Below, piece by piece: positions 22,480 to 33,724 of a DNA stretch of 33,724 nucleotides. Source of the stretch: Octopus sinensis (Eukaryota); contig NW_021831971.1 of the NCBI RefSeq assembly GCF_006345805.1, positions 1 to 33,724 of the forward strand, written 5' to 3'. The notes below the pieces were generated by a model. It made no database searches, had not been told where the DNA came from, and saw only the letters and a program-made list of their open reading frames with translations. Each line of letters opens with the position of its first letter. The first letter of the stretch is position 1. A program made the position numbers and the translations under genes.

Positions 22480-23585
22480 TGTTACGGAATCACCCGTCGT
22501 CGCCCGTCCCGAACGGCTCACACAAGTTCCGCCACGGAACCCAAAGAGGCGGAGAGAGGAGAGGAGAGATACAACAACAACCACAACCTCAGCACAGAGA
22601 TACAGAGGCACAACCCGAGACACAACCCAAAGAGGCAAGGCAACAACTGGCAACGCTGGCTTATATTCAAACAACAGTTTATACGACAATTACAATTGTT
22701 ACAACATCAAAGCATTTAAGGCAAACAACAAATCAATACATCATACGGTATACCACAGATCAAAGCATTTAACAACATGCATGTAACAATATAACAGTGT
22801 TCAGTAACGACACAACAAGTCCAGATCAAATAATGTTCACGATACGTCACAGTCCAATCAGAACACTTCGATACATTATACAATGTTCGTATCACAACAA
22901 TTCACGTTACAATTCAACAAGTCCTTTACTCAATTCACAATGTTCTTTATCGACTACATCGACAGAGTCCTTCTTTTTCTCTCTTCTTTCTCTTCTTTTC
23001 TTTTACATCGTGACACGTATCAATACACAATCACATACCTTAATTCCTAACTGAATCGCCAGTGTCCCATTCTGCACTCATCTCTCAATACTGCTAAATC
23101 CAGCCTGCCAAACTCCTGCATCCCAACTTGCTTGCTCCTAAGTTTCCACCTACTCGCTCTGATTTCCAGAATCCGACTGTCCTTCTTCGACGACCGACTC
23201 CAACTCCAAGATCCGTCTGTGTTCCTCGACGACCGCTCAACGACTGCCAAGACCTCACTTCGTCTCTGTCCTTCTTCCACTCCCCCATCTCCCTCTGTCT
23301 ATATCGCTCTTACCCTTTCTAACTGCCCTGGTCCTTATACCCTATCTATATCGCCTGCTGTCTCTTAGCCTTTCTATTTGCTATCTGATTCCTTACTCTA
23401 TCTATATCGCCTGCTGTCTCTTAGCCTCTCCATCCGTCCCCTACCGCTTATACCCTATCTCTATTTGCTCTCAGCCCTTAATCTGTCCCTTTTCTCTCAC
23501 ATTCTCCTGACCCTTTTCTCAACCGCACGAGGTCACAGGTCCTTCCAAAACCCATCAGTCCTCCATTAGACAAAAGACTGTCACA
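22480..23585. mobile_element. Probable solo LTR (~1.1 kb)
   Basis: Termini TGTTAC...GTCACA, non-coding, internal ~60-bp repeats (tctatatcgcctgctgtctcttagcc). No TSD found. Paralogue at ~29136-30237. Confidence 0.55.
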
Positions 23586-23750
23586 TTTTCACCAGACATG
23601 ATGGTGCCATAATTCCTAAGTGGGTCACCAGAAATGCACCTAGCCAACCGTAACAATATAAATAAAACAAGTAAAGGAATAAAAGAATAATTGTTTGGAC
23701 CGTGGGTGTACGGTGAGTAGCACGCATACAGAAACGTAGGTACATGTATG

Positions 23751-23751
<1 letters not shown>

Positions 23752-23819
<68 letters not shown>

Positions 23820-24190
23820 CATACATACATACATACATACATACATACATACATACATACATACGTACGTACGTGCGTATGTATGTACATACATGCATAC
23901 ATACGTACGTAAGTACGTAAGTACATGCATGTATACATACATACATACATACATACGTACGTACGTGCGTATGTATGTACATACATGCATACATACGTAC
24001 GTAAGTACATGCATGTATACATACATACATACATACATACATACATACATACATACATACATACATACATACATACAAGCACATATATAAATACATACGT
24101 ACGTACATACATACACACTTGCACACAAGCATATGTCCATTCTTACATACATACATATAAATACATACGTGTGTGTGTGTGCGCGCGCAC
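23752..24190. repeat. (TA)n/(TACA)n/(TACG)n compound microsatellite
   Basis: Direct reading; paralogue at 28630-28968. Confidence 0.95.
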
Positions 24191-24217
24191 ACTGCCACTT
24201 TCTTCCGAATCTTTCTG

Positions 24218-24340
24218 TTCAAAGTTCAAATAGCGCGGGAGTCAATTTCGTTTTTCATTCTTTAGAGGTCGACCAAATAAAGGATCGGTCGGCCAGTGTT
24301 GTCGACGGCGTCGGTGAATCCACTCGCCTCAAATTTGCCT
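24218..24340 (+). mobile_element. Old degenerate SINE B-related fragment
   Basis: aagttcaaatagcgcgggagtcaatttcgtttttcattctttagaggtcgacc aligns by eye with the family B core. Confidence 0.5.
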
Positions 24341-25198
24341 GAATCTAAATCAGAACCATTCAAAATATTATTACATCATATTGGCATTTGTTATTTGTTT
24401 TGTTTCAACCGACGTCTGAAGTGGGAATCCACGGTTGATAGGACAGGAAAATTTGCAGAAGATTGTCTGCTGGTTTCGTATTTCTGTTTCGTGTCCTTAA
24501 AGAACTGCTGAAAAGAATGACTCCATGGACGCTGCCTGGAATGGATTTATTGCCGAAAGCAAAACGGACAGCTTTTATGTATTCGTCCACTCTGCTGCCT
24601 CTTTAATGCTGAGATTGGCAACAGAGAGATGTCATCAGAAATAAAATTTACTTTTTATTGTTAGTCTATCATAATCGACATCGTTCTTCTCCCCAGCTCA
24701 GTCGACTAAAGACGACAAAACTATAGCTGTATAATCGTATGGAGTGTATCCTGAAGAATAATCAGTCGTAGAGAACTGTTGATTAATGAGTAAAGATTGG
24801 CAAGGCAATATACTGTGATTTATTGATAAGGAAACGGATCTTTTCATTTTGAAGGCCAGATTTTCCTAGTTAACTAAACAATTTGAAACTTCGTATACTG
24901 GTAGAATGTGTCAAAAGAAAACATAATTGTAAACCAAAATGAAAACGGAATTGTAATTTCTAAGTTTAACGTTGTTTAATAATTCGAATTTTAACCAATG
25001 GTATTCTTTCTTTCGACTTCATATCATTTACTGCCTCTCAAAATATTGTTACTGTGACGTTAACATGCAACATGGCTGTACGGTAATATTCTAGCGCCAT
25101 ATTTTAAAGAATATATTGAAGAACCTTGTAAGCTTCCTTCAGTGGCAAATGTTTCCTCAAATTTACAAGTAAATGTTTTCCAATATTTCTGGAATGCA

Positions 25199-25415
25199 AG
25201 GCGGTGAACTGGCAAAAAGGATTGGCCCGCTAGGCAACACGCTTGGCGGCATTTCTTTCGTCTTTACGCTTTGAGTTCAAATTCCGCCGAGGTCGACTTT
25301 GCCTTTCATTCTTTTGGGATCGATAAAATAAGTACTATTTGAGCACTGGGGGTCGGTGCAATCAACTTAACCGTCTCCCATGAAATTGTTGGCTTTGAGT
25401 CAAAATTTGAAACCA
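25199..25415 (+). mobile_element. Divergent SINE B-related copy
   Basis: ggcggtgaactggcaaaa...gagttcaaattccgccgaggtcgactttgcctttcat, with a different 3' part. Confidence 0.8.
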
Positions 25416-25578
25416 ATAATTCTGAGATATGCTTTATTCTGAGAAGGAAGCACATCCAGTCTTGGTTGAATTTTAAAGTGATAGCAATGGCTGATGAGAG
25501 GAAACAATAAATCACGTTCTGAAGACGTCTGCTTTCTGTCTACATGAAGTCTTTCAGTACACAGTAATCATTTCAAGA

Positions 25579-26009
25579 GTTGTTGGCATCCTTCTTGTCT
25601 CGGGAGACAATGGAGTTGCGCATAAAATAGTCTAGTTCGGCTTTTACATTTCATGTCCTGATACATTTCCTGCTGTGGATGTGTAGTCCTATCCTGGACA
25701 AACACTCCCTCTGGCAGGTACCGCAAATGTAGCGAAGACTGTTCCTGGCTGGTTGTAATGCCATAGTTTCTTGTTGACGTCTTTTCTTGTCTTTCCATTT
25801 CTCCCCTCTCTCTCTGTCACTCCTTTGTGTTCCCTCTTTTACGGTACGTCGCCATTCTCCGCGGTTGCCGGCAACTGCCTCTCAACCGCTAATATTGATG
25901 TTGCAGGCCTTCATGTCTCTTTTGCAAACATCCTTTTATCGTAAGAACGGTCTACCCACAGACCTAGTACCCCTAGCAAGCTCTCCGTAGAGTATGTCCT
26001 TGGGGATTT
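25579..26009 (-). mobile_element. RTE LINE 3' end
   Basis: IPKDILYGELARGTRSVGRP..KDVCKRDMKAC..CGTCQRECLSRIGLHIHSRKC*; 3'UTR ccattgtctcccgagac...ccaacaac. Confidence 0.9.
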
Positions 26010-26411
26010 CAAGAGTAAACACTATGGAAAACACAATGATGTTTATGAAGTTATTTTCACAATTTTGATGAGAACGAATGTCCAGCGATAACCGGGGCGG
26101 TTCGTTGAGATAAAGGAAATGCTTGGCCTGTGAATTCGGCTTCAGTCACATGCTTGAATTGTTCTCAGAGACAATTGAAGAACCAGAAACCAAGTCATTC
26201 AGTATAATGTCTGTATTTTAAGTAATGATTCGACTGGAAAGTAAAAGTTGAGAGAAGAACAAAGGAGAGTTTGAGAGAGAAGGAAGATGATTGTTTGTGT
26301 GCAAGAAGTTTAACCCGTTGCCCCCGTGTGTGTCTAAGAGATGGAAGACCAAAGTCTCTTAAATAAAAACTAAAAGAGGGAGGGAGAGGGAGAGGGAGAG
26401 AGAGAGAAGAG

Positions 26412-26484
<73 letters not shown>

Positions 26485-26530
26485 AAGTTATCAGTGATAT
26501 TAAGTGGTAGATATAACTTCATTAAAAGAC

Positions 26531-26760
26531 GGCGAGCTGGCAGAATCGTTAAGCACGCCGGGAAATGCTTAGCGATATTTCGTCTGCCGCTACGTTCTGA
26601 GTTCAAATTCCACCGAGGTCGGCTTTGCCTTTCATCCTTTTTGGGGTCGACTAAATAAGTACCAGATACGCACTGGGGGTCGATATAATCGACTTAATTA
26701 TCCGGTTGTCTGTCCTTGTTTGTCCTCTCTGTTTAGCCCCTTGTGGGTAGTAGAGAAATA
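26531..26760 (+). mobile_element. SINE family B (paralogue of 15335-15562)
   Basis: Sequence match. Confidence 0.9.
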
Positions 26761-26910
26761 GGTAAGTTCATTGACAATACTTTTCTTAACAAATTGTTGA
26801 AACTTAGTCCAAGAAAAGGAATAACATGTACAGAACTCCGTGATGAAGACAAAATCTATTACTTTGCAGATAAAGAGAATTATTACTATAAGAAAAGAAA
26901 AGAAAAAAAG

Positions 26911-27316
26911 GGCGGCGAGCTGGCAGAAACGTTAGCGCGCCGGGCTGAATGCTTAGCGGTATTTCGTCTGTCTGAGTTCAAATTCCGGCGAGGTCGACTT
27001 TGCCTTTCATCCTTTCGGGGTCGATAAATAAAGTACCAGTTTCGCACTGGGGTCGATGTAATCGACTTAATCTGTTTGTCTGTCCTTGTTTGTCCTCTCT
27101 GTGTTTAGCCCCTTGTGGGTAGTAAAGAAATAGGTATTTCGTCTGCCGTTACGTTCTGAGTTCAAATTCCGCCGAGGTCGACTTTGCCTTTCATCCTTTC
27201 AGGGTCGATAAATAAAGTACCAGTTTCGCACTGGGGTCGATGTAATCGACTTAATCCGTTTGTCTGTCCTTGTTTGTCCCCTCTATGTTTAGCCCCTTGT
27301 GGGCAATTAAGAAATA
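26911..27316 (+). mobile_element. SINE family B, partial tandem dimer
   Basis: Second unit restarts at the internal ggtatttcgtc site, as at ~10536. Confidence 0.9.
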
Positions 27317-27590
27317 TATATATGGATGGATGGATAAATGGATGGATGTGTGCTTACGTTTAAACGTATGTACTTATATGTAATTATAGATGTATACAGG
27401 CTCATAAGGTGATTATGAATGAAGAGGCAAACGTTGCTAAACAATAACAACAACAACAAACAACCATTGACATCTTGTAGATATCCGGTTCATACACTCT
27501 TAAATTCGTTGTAGTAAGAAGTCCTCACAGGACAATCCTCTGTTCTCAAATATCCTCTCAATTGGTTCCACTTCCTACAACGAAAAACAG

Positions 27591-28101
27591 GATGTCATCG
27601 GATTAACTAATCGCTCGCCTTCCGTCTTGTCATTGTTGTCATGTCATCCGAATACAAAGAAACCCCCCAAACACCCTCACACACGCATGCATGATTATGT
27701 CTATACTTTTTACTCTTTTACTTGTTTCAGTCATTTGACTGGCGGCCATGCTGGATCACCGCCTTTAATCGAGTAACTCGACCCGGGACTTATTCTTTGT
27801 AAGCCCAGGACTTATTCTATCGGTCTCTTTGCCGAACCGCTAAGTGACAGGGACGTAAACACACCAGCCTCGGTTGTCAAGCAATGCTAGGGGGACAAAC
27901 ACAGACACAAACACACACACACACACACACATAATATTATACATATATACCAGGCTTCTTTCAGTTTCCGTCTACCAAATCCACTCACAAGGCTTGGTCG
28001 GCCCGGGGCTATAGCAGAAGACACTTGCCCAAGATGCCACGCAGTGGGACTGAACCCGGAACCATGTGGTTGGTTAGCAAGCTACTTACCACACAGCCAC
28101 T
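27591..28101 (-). repeat. Inverted duplicate of 33233-33724, including SINE A (27705-28101) clipped at its 5' end
   Basis: Match extends past the SINE into its flank, up to the window end. Confidence 0.88.
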
Positions 28102-31100
28102 GTGGATGTGTAGTCCTATCCTGGACAAACACTCCCTCTGGCAGGTACCGCAACAATAAAAAGTAAATTTTATTCTGATGACATCTCTCTGTTGCCAATC
28201 TCAGCATTAAAGAGGCAGCAGAGTGGACGAATACATAAAAGCTGTCCGTTTTTGCTTTCGGCAATAAATCCATTCCAGGCAGCGTCCATGGAGTCATTCT
28301 TTTTTCAGCAGTTCTTTAAAGGACACGAAACAGAAATACGAAACCAGCAGACAATCTTCTGCAAATTTTCCTGTCCTATCAACCGTGGATTCCCACTTCA
28401 GACGTCGGTTGAAACAAAACAATAACAAATGCCAATATGATGTAATAATATTTTGAATGGTTCTGATTTAGATTCAGGCAAATTTGAGGCGAGTGGATTC
28501 ACCGACGCCGTCGACAACACTGGCCGACCGATCCTTTATTTGGTCGACCTCTAAAGAATGAAAAACGAAATTGACTCCCGCGCTATTTGAACTTTGACCA
28601 GAAAGATTCGGAAGAAAGTGGCAGTGGTGCGCGCGCACACACACACACGTATGATTTATTTTTATGTATGTATGTAAGAATGGACATATGCTTGTGTGCA
28701 AGTGTGTATGTATGTACGTACGTATGTATTTATATATGTGCTTGTATGTATGTATGTATGTATGTATGTATGTATGTATGTATGTATGTATGTATGTATA
28801 CATGCATGTACTTACGTACTTACGTACGTATGTATGCATGTATGTACATACATACGCACGTACGTACGTACGTATGTATGTATGTATGTAGTGTAATGTA
28901 TGTATGTATGTATGTATGTATGTATGTACGTACGTATGTATGTATATATATATATATATATATATATTGCATACATGTACCTACGTTTCTGTATGCGTGC
29001 TACTCACCGTACACCCACGGTCCAAACAATTATTCTTTTATTCCTTTACTTGTTTTATTTATATTGTTACGGTTGGCTAGGTGCATTTCTGGTGACCCAC
29101 TTAGGAATTATGGCACCATCATGTCTGGTGAAAAATGTGACAGTCTTTTGTCTAATGGAGGACTGATGGGTTTTTGGAAGGACCTGTGACCTCGTGCGGT
29201 TGAGAAAGGGTCAGGAGAATGTGAGAGAAAAGGGACAGATTAGGGCTGAGAGCAAATAGAGATAGGGTATAAGCGGTAGGGGGACGGATGGAGAGGCTAA
29301 GAGACAGCAGGCGATATAGATAGAGTAAGGAATCAGATAGCAAATAGAAAGGCTAAGAGACAGCAGGCGATATAGATAGGGTATAAGGACCAGGGCAGTT
29401 AGAAAGGGTAAGAGCGATATAGACAGAGGGAGATGGGGAGTGGAAGAAGGACAGAGACGAAGTGAGGGTCTTGGCAGTCGTTGAGCGCGTTCGTCGAGGA
29501 ACACAACGGATCTTGGAGTTGGAGTCGGTCGTCTAAGAAGGACGTCGGATTTCTGGAAATCAGAGCGAGTAGGTGGAAACTTAGGAGCAAGCAAGTTGGA
29601 TGCAGGAGTTTGGCAGGCTGGATTTAGCAGTATTGAGAGATGAGTGCAGAATGGGACACTGGCGATTCAGTTAGGAATAAGGTATGTGATTGTGTATTGA
29701 TACGTGTCACGATGTAAAAGAAAAGAAGAGAAAAGAGAGAGAAAAGAAGGACTCTGTCGATGTAGTCGATAAAGAACATTGTGAATTGAGTAAAGGACTT
29801 GTTGAATTGTAACGTGAATTGTTGTGATACGAACATTGTATAATGTATCGAAGTGTTCTGATTGGACTGTGACGTATCGTGAACATTATTTGATCTGGAC
29901 TTGTTGTGTCGTTACTGAACACTGTTATATTGTTACATGCATGTTGTTAAATGCTTTGATCTGTGGTATACCGTATGATGTATTGATTTGTTGTTTGCCT
30001 TAAATGCTTTGATGTTGTAACAATTGTAATTGTCGTATAAACTGTTGTTTGAATATAAGCCCAGCGTTGCCAGTTGTTGCTTGCCTCTTTGGGTTGTGTC
30101 TCGGGTTGTGCTCTGTATCTCTGTGTTCTGAGGTTTGTGGTTGTTGTTGTATCTCTCCTCTCCTCTCTCCGCCTCTTTGGGTTCCGTGCGGAACTTGTGT
30201 GAGCCGTTCGGGACGGGCGACGACGGATTCCGTAACAATATAAAACTGAGAATGTGAGTCTGTCTGTCTGTGTGAAACCCTAAAACTTGAGAACCGATTT
30301 CATTCAAATTTTACAAATTCCTTACTTAGGGTCATGGAGTGTCATGGGCAAAGCTCTGGGCACCGTTGGGCTCACTGTCACAGCTAACCCGCCCCACAGT
30401 GAGCGCTACGGGGGATTGCTTCCACTATTACAGGGAGCTTAGCTTAGTGACGACCATGACTTTGAGACTGAGTCTCAACTCTTGGCTCACCACTTCCATC
30501 CTAAATGGATATCCCTCACCACTATCCACACCGCCCTTGCCAGGGCACGTTCCGTGGACCGTGCATCTGCTCTCTCCCCCAGAACCCGCCCTGCATTCAA
30601 GGTTGCCCTCAGTAGCTGCCCAACCTCCTCTGCTGAAAGTAGGTGGAATTATATAAGGGAAGCTTTGTATACCACATCAATGATAATTCGGCATGAGAGA
30701 AAGGCAAAAACCCAGATTTTGTTTCAGTGCTGGCTCTCAGAGCTGGAAACAGTTATCGAAGCAAAGTGTGCAGCTCTGATGCAATACAAGAGTGATTCTT
30801 CTACAAAGTCACTCGAAGACTCAGAAAGGCAAGAAATAAACCCAACTGACTGCCAGACGCTGTGGCAAATAGGTATTGGGCAGGAAATCTGTCAGAGTAT
30901 CAAGTCAGCTGCTGACAGTGGCGACACCTGTGGGATGTATGCCGTTTTGAAGAAGACCCTCGATTGCTAACCTCTTCTTCTCGTGGCCAGCAGCCGTTGC
31001 GGCAAGACCACTTTTTTTGTCTCTCTGTAGCCCTAAGGCTTTCTTCTAACGTCAGCTCAAAAATTTACTCGTCCTGTCGAAAAGACACTTGTCTGTGACG

Positions 31101-31687
31101 TCCTGTTTTTGTTGTTATTATTATTATCATTATTGTTTTTACGTAGTTTTTGTATTCTTATTCGTGCTATCATTATTGTTTTTACGTATTTTTTGTATTC
31201 TTATTCGCGTAACATCGTCCGTTTTCCGTCCTTGTTTTGTTACATACGAGGCTTTCTTCCCGGAATCTAATGCGCTTTGCTTAGATTTTCCTTTGGGGCT
31301 GGCCAGATCGGAGCAATCTCAAGATTAATCAGCCGAAATTGCGAAGATGATCCGGTTCTTGACTGAAGATTGAAGGCTTCGAATGTCCCCGTCCGTGTTT
31401 TTTGTATCGTCTTCTAAATGTTTCACGTTCTTGTCCCAGTTTGTATTTTTTAACATTTACATATCGTTCGTTTTCTTTCCATAAATATCGGTACTTTTTC
31501 GTTGTGCCATATATTTACTTCTCTTTGTATATTTTTCCCTCACGGGCTATTCTTACTGGAACCAATACTCTAGTATTGCAATTACTAATTATTGAAACTT
31601 CTCACCGTTCTCGTGCTGTTAGCGTTTCGGCGTTTCAGTCGAGTGTATTGGCATTAATTGGTAACATCTGAAATGTTGTCGTGGTAT

Positions 31688-31765
31688 ATTTTGGCTGATG
31701 AAGATAGATTAATTTTATGGGTGCAGACATATCTTGAAAAATCTGAAACCGGCTCGGTCCCACAT
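31688..31765 (+). ncRNA. Paralogous copy of the 20957-21036 hammerhead
   Basis: tgg-CTGATGA-agat...atct-GAA-accg(gct)cggt-C-cca. Confidence 0.78.
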
Positions 31766-31944
31766 TATCCTTTTCTAGTATTTCATCTTTCAGATTTCTC
31801 CCTGGAGTAAGACAATTTTTTCTAGTTTGTTGCACTCACGCATTTTTGCTAGTACATACGCGAATGAAGCTATACATTAGCGTCGTATTATTACGTTCGC
31901 TATTTCCAGTAAATATCGTACTTCGTTGTGCCATATATTTACTT

Positions 31945-32000
<56 letters not shown>

Positions 32001-32275
32001 TATAATTTATACAGATATAGGGTGAAAGATAATTAATTTAATAAAAAAAACAATTTCACCTAGATTTTTTCGGTAAAAACTTATACAAAAGTTTTTTTTA
32101 TTATATATAATTATAACAATAAGGTTTAGCAAGAAGTTGCTTGACCACATACCGAAAATCTTAGAAATAGCAGCCAAAAGACTACTATTTCCTTTTTCTC
32201 ACAAAATATGTCTCCACAGACAACAATATTTGTAAATTATTGTTATAATTATATATACATACATACATACATACA

Positions 32276-32344
<69 letters not shown>

Positions 32345-32440
32345 TATAATTAAGGGCTAAAGAAGGTTATTCTAAAGCCAATACACTGATTTATCCACTT
32401 ATAATCCGCATATATATATATATAATATATATATAATATA

Positions 32441-32487
<47 letters not shown>

Positions 32488-32913
32488 CCCGTCAAAGGAT
32501 TTTATATAGATTTCGAAGTATGCAAATTAATTCGTTTAAGGGGCAACAGACCACGAAAGAAGATATCAAAATTAGTGCGTAGTGTGTTAAAAAGCTTCGA
32601 AAGAAGGGAGATATGAGTTGTTTCCTTTTGATCAGCGGCGTCAATCCGTCAGCCATTGACAGAAATCGAAAACGGCTCTCGACTTTCTATGAAAAAGCGT
32701 TTTTCCACCAAGTATTTACATCCTATTATTAGAGCTCTGCTTCGTGATTCTCTCTCTCGCTCATTCTCTCTCTCTGTGTATATATATGTGCACACACACA
32801 CACACACCACCACACACACAACACACACACACCACACACACACACGCACATACAAACTCACACACACATAAATAGACAGACACACACATATGCATATATA
32901 TATATATACATAC

Positions 32914-33098
32914 AGAGGGAACCACTATGTGGACACCCATATGCCAGAAATAGATCTGTTACGATCTCACCACTAAGAAATGTTCTCAACAAAAATTTAG
33001 CAAAACAACCAAAACGTAATCGAGCAAGACAAAAAAAAAAAAAAGACCTTAGCAGATCTATTTCTAGCATAAGGGTGTCCACATAGTGGTTTCCCTCT
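32914..33098. repeat. Small fold-back element with ~54-bp imperfect inverted arms next to (TA)n
   Basis: 32914-32967 pairs with 33044-33098. Confidence 0.75.
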
Positions 33099-33224
33099 CA
33101 TATAAATATAATACAATTTTACTGAACCTTCAGTTTTTTTTTATGCTACACCACTGGTGTGAAATCGATGTTAATTAAATTAATATCTAATTTCTCACCC
33201 TCATTATAATTTTTTATATATATA

Positions 33225-33615
33225 GGCGCAGGAGTGGCTGTGTGATAAGTAGCTTGCTAACCAACCACATGGTTCCGGGTTCAGTCCCACTGCGTGGCAT
33301 CTTGGGCAAGTGTCTTCTGCTATAGCCCCGGGCCGACCAAAGCCTTGTGAGTGGATTTTGTAGACGGAAACTGAAAGAAGCCTGTCGTATATATGTATAT
33401 ATATATGTGTGTGTCTGTGTTTTGTCCCCCTAGCATTGCTTGACAACCGATGCTGGTGTGTTTACGTCTCCCGTCACTTAGCGGTTCGGCAAAAGAGACC
33501 GATAGAATAAGTCCTGGGCTTACAAAGAATAAGTCCCGGGGTCGATTTGCTCGACCAAAGGCGGTGCTCCAGCATGGCCGCAGTCAAATGACTGAAACAA
33601 GTAAAAGAGTAAAAA
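33225..33615 (+). mobile_element. Full-length SINE family A
   Basis: Matches 1217-1628. Confidence 0.92.
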
Positions 33616-33724
33616 GTATAGACATAATCATGCATGCGTGTGTGAGGGTTTTTGGGGTTTCTTTCTTTGTATTCGGATGACAACAATGACAAGACGGAAG
33701 GCGATTAGTTAATCCGATGACATC

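Larger units (their letters stand above)
16320..24662. repeat. Inverted segmental duplicate of 28152-32897, carrying an extra 3.4-kb insertion
   Basis: 16320-16742 and 20240-24662 are reverse complements of 32484-32897 and 28152-32412. Confidence 0.93.

Noticed and set aside
24752-24842. CTGAAGA...GAAAC pair
   Set aside because: No complementary helix I or closing helix II.
24840-25100. Possible DNA-transposon fragment
   Set aside because: Looks repeat-like, but no termini, TSD or second copy in the window.
25491-25512. CTGATGA-gag-GAAAC
   Set aside because: Only 3 nt between the core strands, so helix II cannot form.

Overview
Repeat-dense, AT-rich eukaryotic DNA, most likely octopus/cephalopod (inferred from SINE families recognised from memory, not a search). 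No intact host gene is evident, and most ORF-track entries are microsatellite or repeat read-through. Recognisable content: decayed RTE and CR1/L2-type LINEs, three tRNA-derived SINE families, a non-autonomous Helitron, a probable solo LTR and many microsatellites. Two things stand out. (1) At least 7 independent type I hammerhead ribozyme (HHR) or HHR-like motifs sit in non-coding elements next to (TA)n tracts. Several are fold-back palindromes (0.3, 0.8 and 3.3 kb), the architecture of Penelope-like elements (PLEs). Two carry the compensatory U3-A8 core (UUGAAAA), and all have a fully or nearly self-complementary helix III. The 3.3-kb palindrome has a matching empty site in a paralogous copy within the window. 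(2) From about 15.2 kb to the end, the window is a mosaic of inverted duplications joined at 2-6 bp microhomologies with a reused breakpoint. This is either a real template-switch rearrangement or an assembly artefact. All structures were read by eye; none were computationally folded or searched.
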